Below are positions 27,035 to 40,303 of a DNA stretch of 44,451 bases, in pieces. The notes beneath the pieces are model-generated. The model was not told the origin of the DNA and ran no database searches. It saw only the letters and a program-made list of their open reading frames with translations. The position numbers were made by a program, and so were the translations under genes. The first letter of the stretch is position 1, and each line of letters opens with the position of its first letter. Source of the stretch: Paraglomus brasilianum (Eukaryota); NCBI GenBank assembly GCA_910592345.1, contig CAJVPI010000187.1:1-44451 (forward strand). Reading direction: 5' to 3'.

Positions 27035-29681
27035 ATGAAAGTAATATACAAATTACTTAAGGCTATTGAGGAAGATAGACCCTACTGGTCTTTCGAATAC
27101 TTCCCTCCAAAAACCCAGCAGGTGAAGTATTTTCTAGCGCATTACAGCAAACAGCATATCTGAGCCGTATAACTGAACGCGTCGTCTGTGCAAACTGACG
27201 AAAACGAGGGAATTCAATTACCCCCCCAGGCGACTATATCTTGAGTTGCATGTCACTTGTGTTTGATACCCCAGCAGACGACACAGCTTTTGCCCGATAA
27301 TCATTCTTTCCCATCCTTGCTGTTTTCTTCTACATTGTTCGAAATTGCTCATGATATAACGGTTTGATTATACTAGGCGGTGCAAAATCTCTATGATCGT
27401 ATGGAACGGATGTATAGACTGGGGCCCGAATTTATCGATATAACATGGAACGCTGGCGGAGGCTCGTCGCATTTGACAACAGAAATTACTGCAATAGCAC
27501 AGTCGGTGTACGGATTGGAGACGATTATGCATCTGACTTGTACCAATATGCCAAAAGAAAAGATTGAAAAAGCTCTCAAGGTGAGTTAATTGTCTTTCAA
27601 TATTTATTTGGCGATAGATTTTCCTTATTTGGTATATGCTGGTAGTATGCAGTGTGCACTAATTCATCTCATTTATTTAACATTTCCGATTTAATAGGAT
27701 GCAAAGGAAGCCGGATGTCAGAATATTCTTGCTCTTCGTGGCGATCCACCCCGTGGACAGGAGCAATGGGAAGCATGCGAGAATGGCTTCTCCTATGCCG
27801 TAGATCTAGTCAAGTACATTAGAGAACAATACGGAGATTATTTCGGCATTTGCGTAGCTGGTTATTGTGAAGGTCATACTGATAATCCGGATAAGGAAGA
27901 CGATCTACGCCGATTGAAGGAGAAGGTGGACGCGGGTGCAGACTTTATTATCACTCAACTGTTCTTTGACGTAGATCTGTTCTTAGAGTGGGTAAAGAAA
28001 TGCCGTGCGATTGGCATCACCTGTCCAATAATTCCAGGCATTATTCCCATTCAGAACTATGCTGGTTTTAAAAGAATTATTGCTCTGTGCAAGACCATTG
28101 TTCCTCAATATATCTTGGAAGATTTGGAACCTATCAAGGAGGATGATGCAGCCGTAAAAGAATACGGTATAAAACTGACTGTGGAAATGATAAAGAAGAT
28201 GTATGCCCATGGAATCAAGGGCTATCATTTTTATACTATGAATTTAGAGAGATCAACCAGATTAATTCTCGAGAAGTTAAACTTTGTGCCACCTATAGAA
28301 AAAGCCAAGCCGTTGCCTTGGGTTCCAGTACGTATATTAGACTCTGCTACTACTACTATTAATATAACTGTTTTATTACTCACGTAACATGTGTATCTCA
28401 TATTACTTTTTCCCCCCCCAATAGAGTCTGGCTGCAAAACGCAAAAAAGAAAACGTACGGCCAATATTCTGGCGAAACCGAACGAAAAGTTATATCGCGC
28501 GTACTGAAGCCTGGGATGAATTTCCTAATGGCAGATGGGGTGACGCATGTTGACCCGGTATGTAATACTTTTGGTTACGCATCACGATTAGTATTTTCAT
28601 CATTATCTAATTTGATATTGCCGCTCAATTATTTAGCTTTTGGAGAACTAGGTGGCTATGGAATATCACTGAAGCATACGGTAGGTTTCGTAGATAATGA
28701 TATTATCATTCAGCTTTTCTGAAACGAGTAGTACTGACATACCTTATTCTTACAGAAACAGGAAGCGATTGATCTATGGGGAGATCCACAAACAATTACA
28801 GACATTTTTGATCTCTTCGTTCAATACTGCAATGGAGAATTGCAAGCATTGCCGTGGTCTGATCAAGCATTGGCAGAGGAGTCGAGTGTCATAAAGGACA
28901 ATTTGGTATACATTAATTCATTAGGCTATCTGACAATAAATTCTCAGCCCGCCGTCAATGGTGTTCGTAGTGATCACAAGGTTTTCGGATGGGGGCCTAA
29001 GAATGGTTATGTGTATCAGAAGGTAGAGTGTTGAGACTGTAGCAATGATAAAGTTGGAATAATATCGACTGTTGGTTAACTTGCTCCCCCCCCCCCCCAA
29101 TTTTCAGGCTTATCTCGAATTTTTCGTGGCACCAGCAAAGATTGATGCGCTGATAGCAAGAATAGAGTGTGATCCTAATATAACTTATTATGCCGTAAAC
29201 AAACAGGTTATCATTCGTTTATTATTTCTTTACATGTCGATTAACGTTTAATTGAATGTTTTCTAATTTTCGGCTTGTCCTTGTTAGGGTGACCTAAAGA
29301 CAAACACTCAAAGTGATGGCCCCAATGCTGTTACGTGGGGTGTATTTCCGGGTAAAGAAATAGTACAACCAACAATTGTCGAAGCCGTTAGCTTCATGGC
29401 ATGGAAGGTATATATATACACTGTCGTTATGGAATAAATCGCTCGCTTGTATTTCTCACATTGTTTTTGATTGAAACTAGGACGAAGCTTTTGACCTCTG
29501 GAGCGAATGGTCGAAATTATATGAAGAGGGTTCCGGGTCTGCAAAGTTAATTAGTGACATTGCGGAAAACTGGTATTTGATCAACATAGTGCATAATAAT
29601 TTCCATGATAAGGACAGTATTTTTGAAATTTTTGAGAAAGATGACGGATTAGATGATGATTTAGTTAATGCTGGTCGCTAG
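27035..29681 (+). CDS. MTHFR: Methylenetetrahydrofolate reductase (Met13-type), 9 exons, 594 codons, with an in-frame TGA at codon 350
   Basis: Exons 27035-27121, 27377-27580, 27698-28327, 28425-28557, 28637-28680, 28756-29022, 29108-29206, 29288-29407, 29481-29681. Motifs [76 protein letters not shown] at 28551-28553. Confidence 0.95.
27181..27282 (+). ncRNA. Candidate structured RNA in MTHFR intron 1
   Basis: Perfect 8-bp closing stem GTCGTCTG/CAGACGAC enclosing further stems, inside an unusually long 255-nt intron. Confidence 0.5.
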
Positions 29682-30506
29682 ATTTTGGAACTATTCTGCA
29701 ATATAAAGACAGATATTTGAAGCCGACCAGTTACATAATAATGCGTGACTATGTCTGCATAGGGAGATATAGTCTGACCCGATAATGTGATGATCATATT
29801 TTTTTTCAACAAATTCCTATGAATTCATTAAAAACGGTCAAAAATGTTCTAATTTTCATGAATGGCCAATTATTTCGTCAGGGGCAGTGTCCAAATTATA
29901 ATACGTGCATGTTAAAGTAACAACTATGTTTACTATATTATACTCCCGTTTTTGTCAGTTGCAAATAAAGTTTATTGTCAAAAGATAATACTAATTTTAT
30001 GATATCGACCATCAACGCTTACAACACATCTTACTCTGTCGACAATACTTTGGGATCCCTATCTGTCGATTACCTTTGTCTTGTTAGTTCCAAGCAATAT
30101 ACGTACTGTGAATCGGGTGACACTGAAAGTGAAAATAATCAATCCTCTGTCCCAGTGACTAATTGAGATTAAATAATATTTTAGCATCGCAGCGACATCG
30201 CAAAAAATATAGATCAACTCTGCATACGTACGTCGACAATGTCTTTCCAGACACGAATACATTCACAACATTTTCATTACCGTCTCCATCTTCACTAGCT
30301 ATGAATATGAAGCGAAAGCTTGATTATTACGTGTATTAAAACACACGTGAACGCGCCTTTAAATACGTTTATGATCATTTACTAGTGTGACTCCATCTAA
30401 TGTCCTCCATGAAGGCAAATACATCCCGCCGTCCCGCAACATGTCCTCCGTTCGTACAAGGGGGATGGTTCTTGGGGCGATCGATCTTAAAAAACAAAAT
30501 AAAGAA

Positions 30507-31026
30507 AAAAACCAGGTTAGTACATCCATGGGCCGGATGGTGGCCCCGACGACCCGATACTGGAACGGGATAATTGATCACACTCCCTTCGCCGGCACAA
30601 GGAGTGTGATTGCACTCCAACAAACGGAGGGTGACCTTCACATGTGGAAGGGGTGGGTGCACTTCAACAGAGTGAAGGGTGAAGATGACACATCCGTGAC
30701 TCGGATGACGACTCTCATAGCGAGAGGGTAAAAAAAAAATACACATCCACAAAGGAGGCACATAAAAAACCAGGTTAGCACATCCATGGGCTGGATGGTG
30801 GCCCCGACGACCCGATATTGGAACGGGATAATTGATCACACTCCCTTCGCCGGCACAAGGAGTGTGATTGCACTCCAATAAACGGAGGGTGACCTTCACG
30901 CGTGGAAGGGGTGGGGCACTTCAACATAGTGAAGGGTGAAGATGACACATCCACGACCTGGATGGTGACTCTCATTTGAGCAAGAGGGTAAAAAAAAAAA
31001 GCACACTTCCACAAAGGAGGCACATA
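30507..31026. repeat. Two tandem ~258-bp GC-rich direct repeats built from short spaced palindromes
   Basis: AAAAACCAGGTTAG...GGAGGCACATA occurs at about 30507-30764 and 30765-31026 with few differences. Confidence 0.92.
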
Positions 31027-31379
31027 ATGCACTTTCATGGAGAAAGGTGAACTGTCATGCAACCAAATGAAAGGTCGCGAAAAAAGCCGCCTGTGCATCA
31101 CGTAAGGCCTAATTTTACCACAGTTGAAAGTTACGAATCAAGAATCCTGCAACACGACGAGCACAACCAGCAGCAGCAATAGTAATATAAGCGTCTACCT
31201 TCCACTTGGTCTTCTCTCGTTGGTGCACGTTGGTGTTTGATGGGGGAAAAAATTTACCTATTCCAACGGGACGCGGAGTAGTTTATATTTATGCCACACA
31301 GCAGGTGCCACAGTTCAACTAAGCGCCACAATCATTATCAGCGCCACGCAGTTCAATTCCTTGTAAAACCGATGATACA

Positions 31380-32880
31380 ATGTTCTCCATCTTTCGAAAA
31401 TATCGCGAGACTGCACTTGGCAGTCGTAATGGAAAATCGATGTTTGAGCACTTAAATTGTATAGTCAAAGAATACAACAATTCAGGTTGGAGTAAAGCGG
31501 CGTTGCAAGAATTTGACGATACTGGAAAGGCATTTATACTTTGTATTGTAACGGGTCTTATGTATCGAGTGCATGAGAAAATTCCACAAACGCGCGAGTT
31601 ATGTTATAGGACGCCTCGGCTTCATTCGAACTCCTTAACACATCGATTACTCTCCTCTATACTAGCTGCGCAATCGGTTTGGGCTATTTATAACTTCAGA
31701 TGAACTCGAGAAAATTATTGAAAACGATTCTTCCTGAATATAGTCAAACCGATACGAGTGGCACCGGCCATTTTATCGGTATAATCAGAGGCCTTCTTTA
31801 TAACAGTACAATATAATAGGACTGATTCGTGTAAACGAAATTTATCGGTATAAAGAATATCGGTATAAAGAGGTTTGACTGTATGCCTTTTTTCGGACGC
31901 GGCCCAGGTAGATCCGATTGTTTTTCTCACGAATGATTCAATAAGAATCATTAATGAATTTTAAGTTGAACTCAAACTCGATGAATAAGTTCCCAACGAA
32001 TTTTATAGCCGTTATATTATTATTTCTTTGTTCTTTACCTAATTCCTTATCCTTTTCCGATCGAAATTTATCGCAGGGATCCACCTTCTATGCACTTTTC
32101 ACATTCTTCAATCGTTTTGGAGATGGCTTCATGATTCGAAACACTATATTAATATTAAGAAGGAGGATCGAGCACTTATAATGAGAAGATAAAGAAAATT
32201 CTTTATGCATCATCAGGTCCGGAGATGGATGCGCATTTTAATGATTTTAAGAATGCTTATTACGATTATCCACTTCTACGAAAACATTTTGAGCTCTTGT
32301 GGGAGCATCGTCAATTTTGGGCACTATCTTTTCGAGTTGGATTGCCTGCGCGCGGAAATAACACAAACAACTACGTTGAATGAAGTTTCGGCATCTTAAA
32401 AGATATAATAAGAAAGCGTATAATTTAGTACAAGTATTTCAGTTTGTAGTAACAAAATGGAGAGATTTTACGAGCGGAGACTGCTTGGAATTGCGTATAA
32501 ACATCCTGGACACTTACGTGTTGCAAACCGTTTTTTGGGGAAGGAATTCTGTTAAAGAAACGAATTTTCAGTTCTTAGTACAAGCCAAGATGATATTTTC
32601 TATATTGTGGACAGTGAATTTGGAACTTGTACTTGTCTTGTTGGGGTATCCGGAGCGCCCGCAAACATCAGGGAGCAGTTGCAATGAAATATCACGTTGC
32701 AATACTTAACTTTATACCTTTGAAGATCGTATGGTATATGCCTATGTTGCGCTTGGTAAGTGAGATTGTAGTTTAAAAATGGTTGTAAAATGTATTTGGA
32801 CTTACTATCTTCTTTAGGTTTACCTCAGAAAATATTTCCTTCTATGCGTCATTACGAGCAAAATCCACTCTGCAGGATCA
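31380..32880 (+). pseudogene. Decayed MULE-like transposase with SWIM zinc finger
   Basis: Frameshifted fragments KAFILCIVTGLMYRVHEKIPQ, DASASFExLNTSITLLYTSC, FITSDELE, EYAFFGRGP, and VDSEFGTCTCLVGVSGAP(C)KHQGAV (CxC...CxH). Confidence 0.72.
31741..31881. mobile_element. 141-bp Tc1/mariner-pogo-like MITE with TA target-site duplication
   Basis: Ends TAGTCAAACC / GGTTTGACTG; TA at 31739-31740 and 31882-31883. Removing it restores CCT GAA TAT GCC (PEYA) in the host relic. Confidence 0.8.
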
Positions 32881-34717
32881 AGGATTTACATCGTAAAGTA
32901 GTTCCCTTAATAATGTTCTTGACAAAAACATTGAATGTGTGATGCTACGCTATAAACGTATTCTCTCCTGAATTTCTGCATTACCCCCGACGGTGCAGTA
33001 ACACCAGCGCGCATGGTACAAGCATCCTCACAGCAGCGGTACAAGCAGTACTGTAGCAGCACTTAGTGCTGACATGTCTTCTGTAGGAGTTGATACGTGT
33101 CTATTTTGATGTTGTGTCCATTTTGTTACCAACCCAAAATTTGGGAAAATGAAAAACCGGAACAGAAACAGGAACATTAAACGAATAGAATCTTATTGTT
33201 TCTACTGCAATAATTTATCAAACAATAAAGAAACCCCACTTTATTTGGCAGGAGCTTATGAGCACCTACCGCCCTTTTAACTTACCTCCTTGCCAAATCT
33301 GTCAGCACCCATAGTTAATGAACATAGAATTGCGTAATCGAACAAGCATATCTATTCGCAGGCGTTTTTGGTTAGCTTCGTAAGCAAATCCATGTTGGAT
33401 TTTAATTCAGACGTCTAAATCGAAAATATATTACCATATTAATATGATTTCGATATTCACTCATACCGAAAATAAGCACATGCACCTGACAGTTAAATGG
33501 GAGTGCTTATTGTCATAAACATGCCATCCTAGGCCAAAAGATATGATCGATTGGATTGCATTATATCCTATTAAAGGTTTATGATTGAAACATCTTGCTA
33601 ATGAATAGGATAAAAACAAAAAGTTTGATGTTAATGGAAGTGGTTTACAACCCTTTTTTTCAATGTCAACACCGTAGACCACAATGGTAATCGTGCTCAC
33701 ACAAGAATTTAATATCGAAAGTCTACCGCTGAAGGTTTGTTGGTTTTGAAGATATGTCAGTTTTCGATCTGATCAACTGTACTAATGGATTGTTTTATTA
33801 TTCCAGAGACTGTGTAGATAAACGTTACAGAGACAACTGGTTCGCCTCTGCAAATAACTGTTGTTTTGATCATGTATTTTAAAGAGTGCTTAAACGTTTA
33901 GGCTCTAAACAATGGGAAGTTTGTGAAAAGTTGCCCTACGAGTTGAAAGTTGGCTTTTAGAGGCTATGTATTACGAAAGAACAAAAGGAGTACGTTTGGA
34001 CGATTACGTTTCCAGCTTTTTTGCTAACATCTGATATTGTATAAGGCTTTACGTCTATATTGTTCTGTTTGTGACAAGACTTTAAATACTTCAATATTAT
34101 TCTAATCGCCAACGCTGGTATTAATACCGCTAGTAATAACAATAAGTTCTCGGTATCCAGGCTGTTCTATTGGTATTTCCTCATCACTATGATGGCACGG
34201 ACATTAACACGTCGAGAAAAAATTTTATGTTTTGTTGGAGTTTTGCGTTCCTTTATTAGTTTTTATGTTTCTTGGCCCCTGAAGCTGATAAGATTTTTTA
34301 TTGTAACACCGGTTATGTACGGGAACAAAAAGTAACGCAATCAAGCCTATTACTATCAATAGACGTAGTGTTTTACAGAAAATTGTACATTGTCGTTATA
34401 AAATATTCTGCGTTAGTGAATCGTGGATAGATCCGGGCTGCCATCTTGATGAGTTATGTATGTAATGGTAGGAATAACACGCGATAAATCTCCAAGGAGT
34501 TTACAGGAAATGTGATTAAAGTCTATGACGACCTCATCTAATTTGAAGTGAGAACACCGTAGGAAATATCAAGACGGATTTAACAGAGAGCTTTTGCCTG
34601 CTATCCGATATAATCGAATATTTTCGCGAAATATTACTTGGGAATCGATACGTTATGGTTAAATTAAATCAAAAGATGGTAGATGGCCATTTATTTTCAG
34701 CTTGTTCAGTGCGTTGA

Positions 34718-34802
34718 TCTTGTTCAGCAGCTTTTTGATATAACTCAACCGCTTTTGTTCATCTTTTTCTACTCCAATTCCATTTTCATAACATATAGCA
34801 AT
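34718..34802 (-). pseudogene. Single SEL1-like repeat fragment just downstream of the PheRS stop
   Basis: IAICYENGIGVEKDEQK, then after a 1-nt shift AVELYQKAAEQ: the SEL1 consensus. Confidence 0.75.
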
Positions 34803-34814
34803 CGTCTTAATGAA

Positions 34815-37235
34815 CTACAGATTAACTTCTTCTTCCTCCGCATGAGCTTCTCTCCCCATCTTTTTATCTAGTCGGCAGATTGGATTACTTTGAATCATGG
34901 CAAGGTTAACCTTATGGCCGAGTAGCTAGTGAAAAGATTCACAATTATATGTTATTTCTATGTTTATACGTCAAGTCGCGTGTTAAATTTGATAAATCAT
35001 ATTTACCTCTCGAATGTTATCAATTCCATACTTGATCATCGTTGGTCTTTCCAAACCTAACCCCCAGGCTATCACGCGTACATCTGGATCTAATCCCATA
35101 GGTTCTAACATCTCCGGACGGAACATTCCAGAGTTACCTATTTCAACCCATTTCTTAAGCCCTAGAGAGGCCAGAGTTAGAGCGATTAGAAATTTTTAAA
35201 AATCAAAAAAGTGTCGGGTTAGGATAACTGAACAACGGCAATACCGTAATGATAAGAAAAGATTTCCATGCTCGGCTCCGTATATGGATTATACGCAGGC
35301 TTAAAACGAAGATCCTTGACACCTGTATCAAATTATTATGATTAAGCAAATTCCACCTTGAACACGCAAAAAAAAAAATACATTGGTTTATACAAAGTTT
35401 ATGTACACACCCATTTTCCCGAAAAAGGTGTTCATAAATCCAATTAGATCTCCTAACGTTAAGCCTTTGTCAGCTATGACACCTTCTATTTGATGAAATT
35501 CTGCCAAATGCGTTGCGTCGACACTTTCATTGCGAAAAACTCTATCGATTGAGAAATACTTGGCAGGTCGAAACTCCTCCTGATTCGCCAGCTTGTAAAG
35601 CATAGCAGAAGACACTGCTGTCGTATGTGTGCGCAGTATGAGTTTTTCTGCTTCCGCGATCTGCCAGTCGTATCCGTATCCAATCGATCCGTAGCCTCCC
35701 ACAGAGTGAACTCGTTTGACACGTTCCAAATAGCCTGCAGGAAACTTTGTGCTCCTTGCAGGATCTGACAAACGATAAAGCAGTTAGCCCGATAAAGACT
35801 TATAATATGAAATCTCACCGCCACTTCTAGTTCTTTATCACATATCCTTTACCTTTTAAGAAAAAGGTGTCGTGAGCATCACGTGCAGGATGTTGTTGTG
35901 GCTGGAAAAGTGCATCAAAGTTCCAGAAGGATGATTCGACAAATCTATTTGTAGGCATTTCTTCAAACCTTTTTTTTTGTTGTTATCAAATTTCATAATT
36001 TAGGGTGATTGTAGAATTCAGTAGTTAAAGACATGCCATCAACACGCAGTCATACCCCATTTCAAGGAAAATCTGACGAAATTCTTCGCGAACCTTCATC
36101 AATGGATGCAAATGACCACCCGATGGAGGTACGCCCAAGGCATCGAAGTTGTATTTTTTAAACTGGGCAGATTTCCATTCTCCGCTGGCGAAGAGTAGTT
36201 GTTAGATGACGGTTATTGGGTTGTTCGAATAAACAAAAGTCTCAAGTAAAATATGCGATAAAGTGAAACTTGCTTCCCACATTATACCTATACATATAAA
36301 CAAACACGCATACGTATATATATTATATACCTTTGGAGCATTTCGAACGTTACATCGGTAGCATACTTCTCGATGGTTAACGAGAATTTAGGTCCTTTAG
36401 AAACGGAATAAGAAACAAGCTTGCTAATAAAATAGAAAAAAGGTAAGAATCCGTTCGTAAAGCAATTATGCTCGCGAAAGCAAAACGTACATTTTGTCGC
36501 ATAGCTTTCTTCTTTTGAGCTCGGCAAGAACCTTTTTATCGGGATGCGTCTTTGTTGTTGAGATAGCCTCAAGGTCTAGACGCGTTTGATCTACAACAGA
36601 CTCTACCTACTCGCGAGATAAATAGATCAATAAGATTTCATGAATAAACCCATACATAGTGTCGAATAACCTTCAACTTACAGCTCGAAAAAGTCTGTTA
36701 TCTTTCTTTGTAATCCATTTATTCTTGAAAGCTTTTCCCTGGCCGATTTTTGCGGCCTCTCCTAAGAGTCCCTGTCAAACAAACCATGAGAACAGATTAA
36801 CAGCAAGATTCTTGCTTAGGAAGATTACAAACAAGATCACAGCAAAATACTTTACTTGTAGCTCTGATATTGAAATTCCAGTTTCTCCGGAAGGAATCGC
36901 TTCAAAGACCTTAACTTCGTAACTCCCAGTGTTCGCCATCTCTTTACCCTCTGCAGTCAATGTCCATATTTCACTCTCGAGTGCGTCGTAAACGATCATC
37001 TATATAGCCGTTCCATTGGTAATGAGACTATCAAGAATTTAGAGAAGACTTGTTCGAATTCCTCAACATTCATTTACAACAAAACGCTAACCTCTTTGAG
37101 AGCTAAACTGTTGAGTGCTGCGTACAACGCCAGCTGATCCGGCTGTTTTCCTTCTGCATTAGTAAGCTTTCCAGTATCGGGAATGGTGTTCTCTTTATCG
37201 AGCGTAGAAAGGATCAGACTTTGTAATTCTTCCAT
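34815..37235 (-). CDS. FARSA: Cytosolic phenylalanyl-tRNA synthetase alpha subunit, multi-exon
   Basis: [88 protein letters not shown] at 37235, TAG at 34815-34817. Confidence 0.97.
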
Positions 37236-38293
37236 TTTAACAATTATTGAAATGTAGATTTCTGATCAAGAATATAAATACACACAAAAAAGGGGTGGCG
37301 CATCACGGGATTGTCCAATAGCCGGTCCATTTTGTAAAGTTCGACGTTTAATTAAGATGCTCCTCAAATTCAATTGCCCAGAACTACATTCAAAGATGAC
37401 GCAATAAATTACTTCACACTTGACGAGTTTACTTGCACAAATACTCGTGAGCAAAGAGTCCGGTAATTCGGCAACTGGAACTTTGCTAGATTCTCGTATT
37501 TTGAATAATTTCCAAGAAATATTCACGTGATTGTAAGTTCCGATAATTTGCACGCGATTTCCCTGTATAAAATATCAAATGTAAACTGTTCATTTGAACG
37601 TTTCAGACCTTTATATTTACTTGTAACTACTTGATAACGACAAGATTGGAGTATTCTGCGGAACAGAATGTGATAGTAAAAATTTCATTGTTCGAGCGTG
37701 CGTCGAAGTATTGAATTGTGCTTAATAGTGCACTCATCAAATACTAACTTCCCGAATCAACGAATCGAAATTTAGTCGCCCTTTTTAATCATTGAATAAA
37801 GAAACAAATCAATAGCTTGTTCTGATAAATTCTCTTCTTCTGGTTCAAAACTAGCACCATATAATGATATGGTATTTTAAATTTGTATAATAGCTTAATC
37901 CTAGGTTAACGATCCAGAATATCGAATAATATGCCTCTAACGCCTTAATTGAATTAGCGCCTTGTTTAAAGTTAGCTGACAATATCCGAAATATAAACTA
38001 ATTATTTTAGTCAACTCGAGTATTGTCAAAAAATTCTTCCCGCCCGATGGTTTGTTAACTTGCCATAATAATAATAATAATAGATATCTCATTTTATTGC
38101 AATGTTTAGAAATGCAATATGCATGATTATTTCTGACTATTATAATACGTTAGTTACTATATGATAATACATTGCTTAGGTCCTATTAGGATTGAGGTGA
38201 TGAATTATAATATTATGTCTTCTGCAAGATAAAGATTTATAAATTATTATCTATGCAATTAGATATTTTGTTTCTATTCGATTGAATTATATT

Positions 38294-40303
<2,010 letters not shown>

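Noticed and set aside
27143..27151. TACAGCAAA resembling the METTL16 target UACAGAGAA
   Set aside because: Mismatched at conserved positions and no clear supporting hairpin.
27195..27204. CTGACGA resembling a hammerhead ribozyme core in MTHFR intron 1
   Set aside because: No stem II followed by GAAA and no correctly placed NUH cleavage site.
30507..31026. CRISPR-like reading of the palindrome array
   Set aside because: Eukaryotic context, no cas genes, and the 'spacers' are duplicated rather than unique.
30375..31101. ORFs of 108-174 aa over the 258-bp repeats
   Set aside because: Artefacts of GC-rich repeat DNA; frames differ between the two copies.
35842..35850. ATATCCTTT resembling a U12 intron donor
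   Set aside because: It is on the opposite strand to FARSA, whose intron here is a normal GT-AG.
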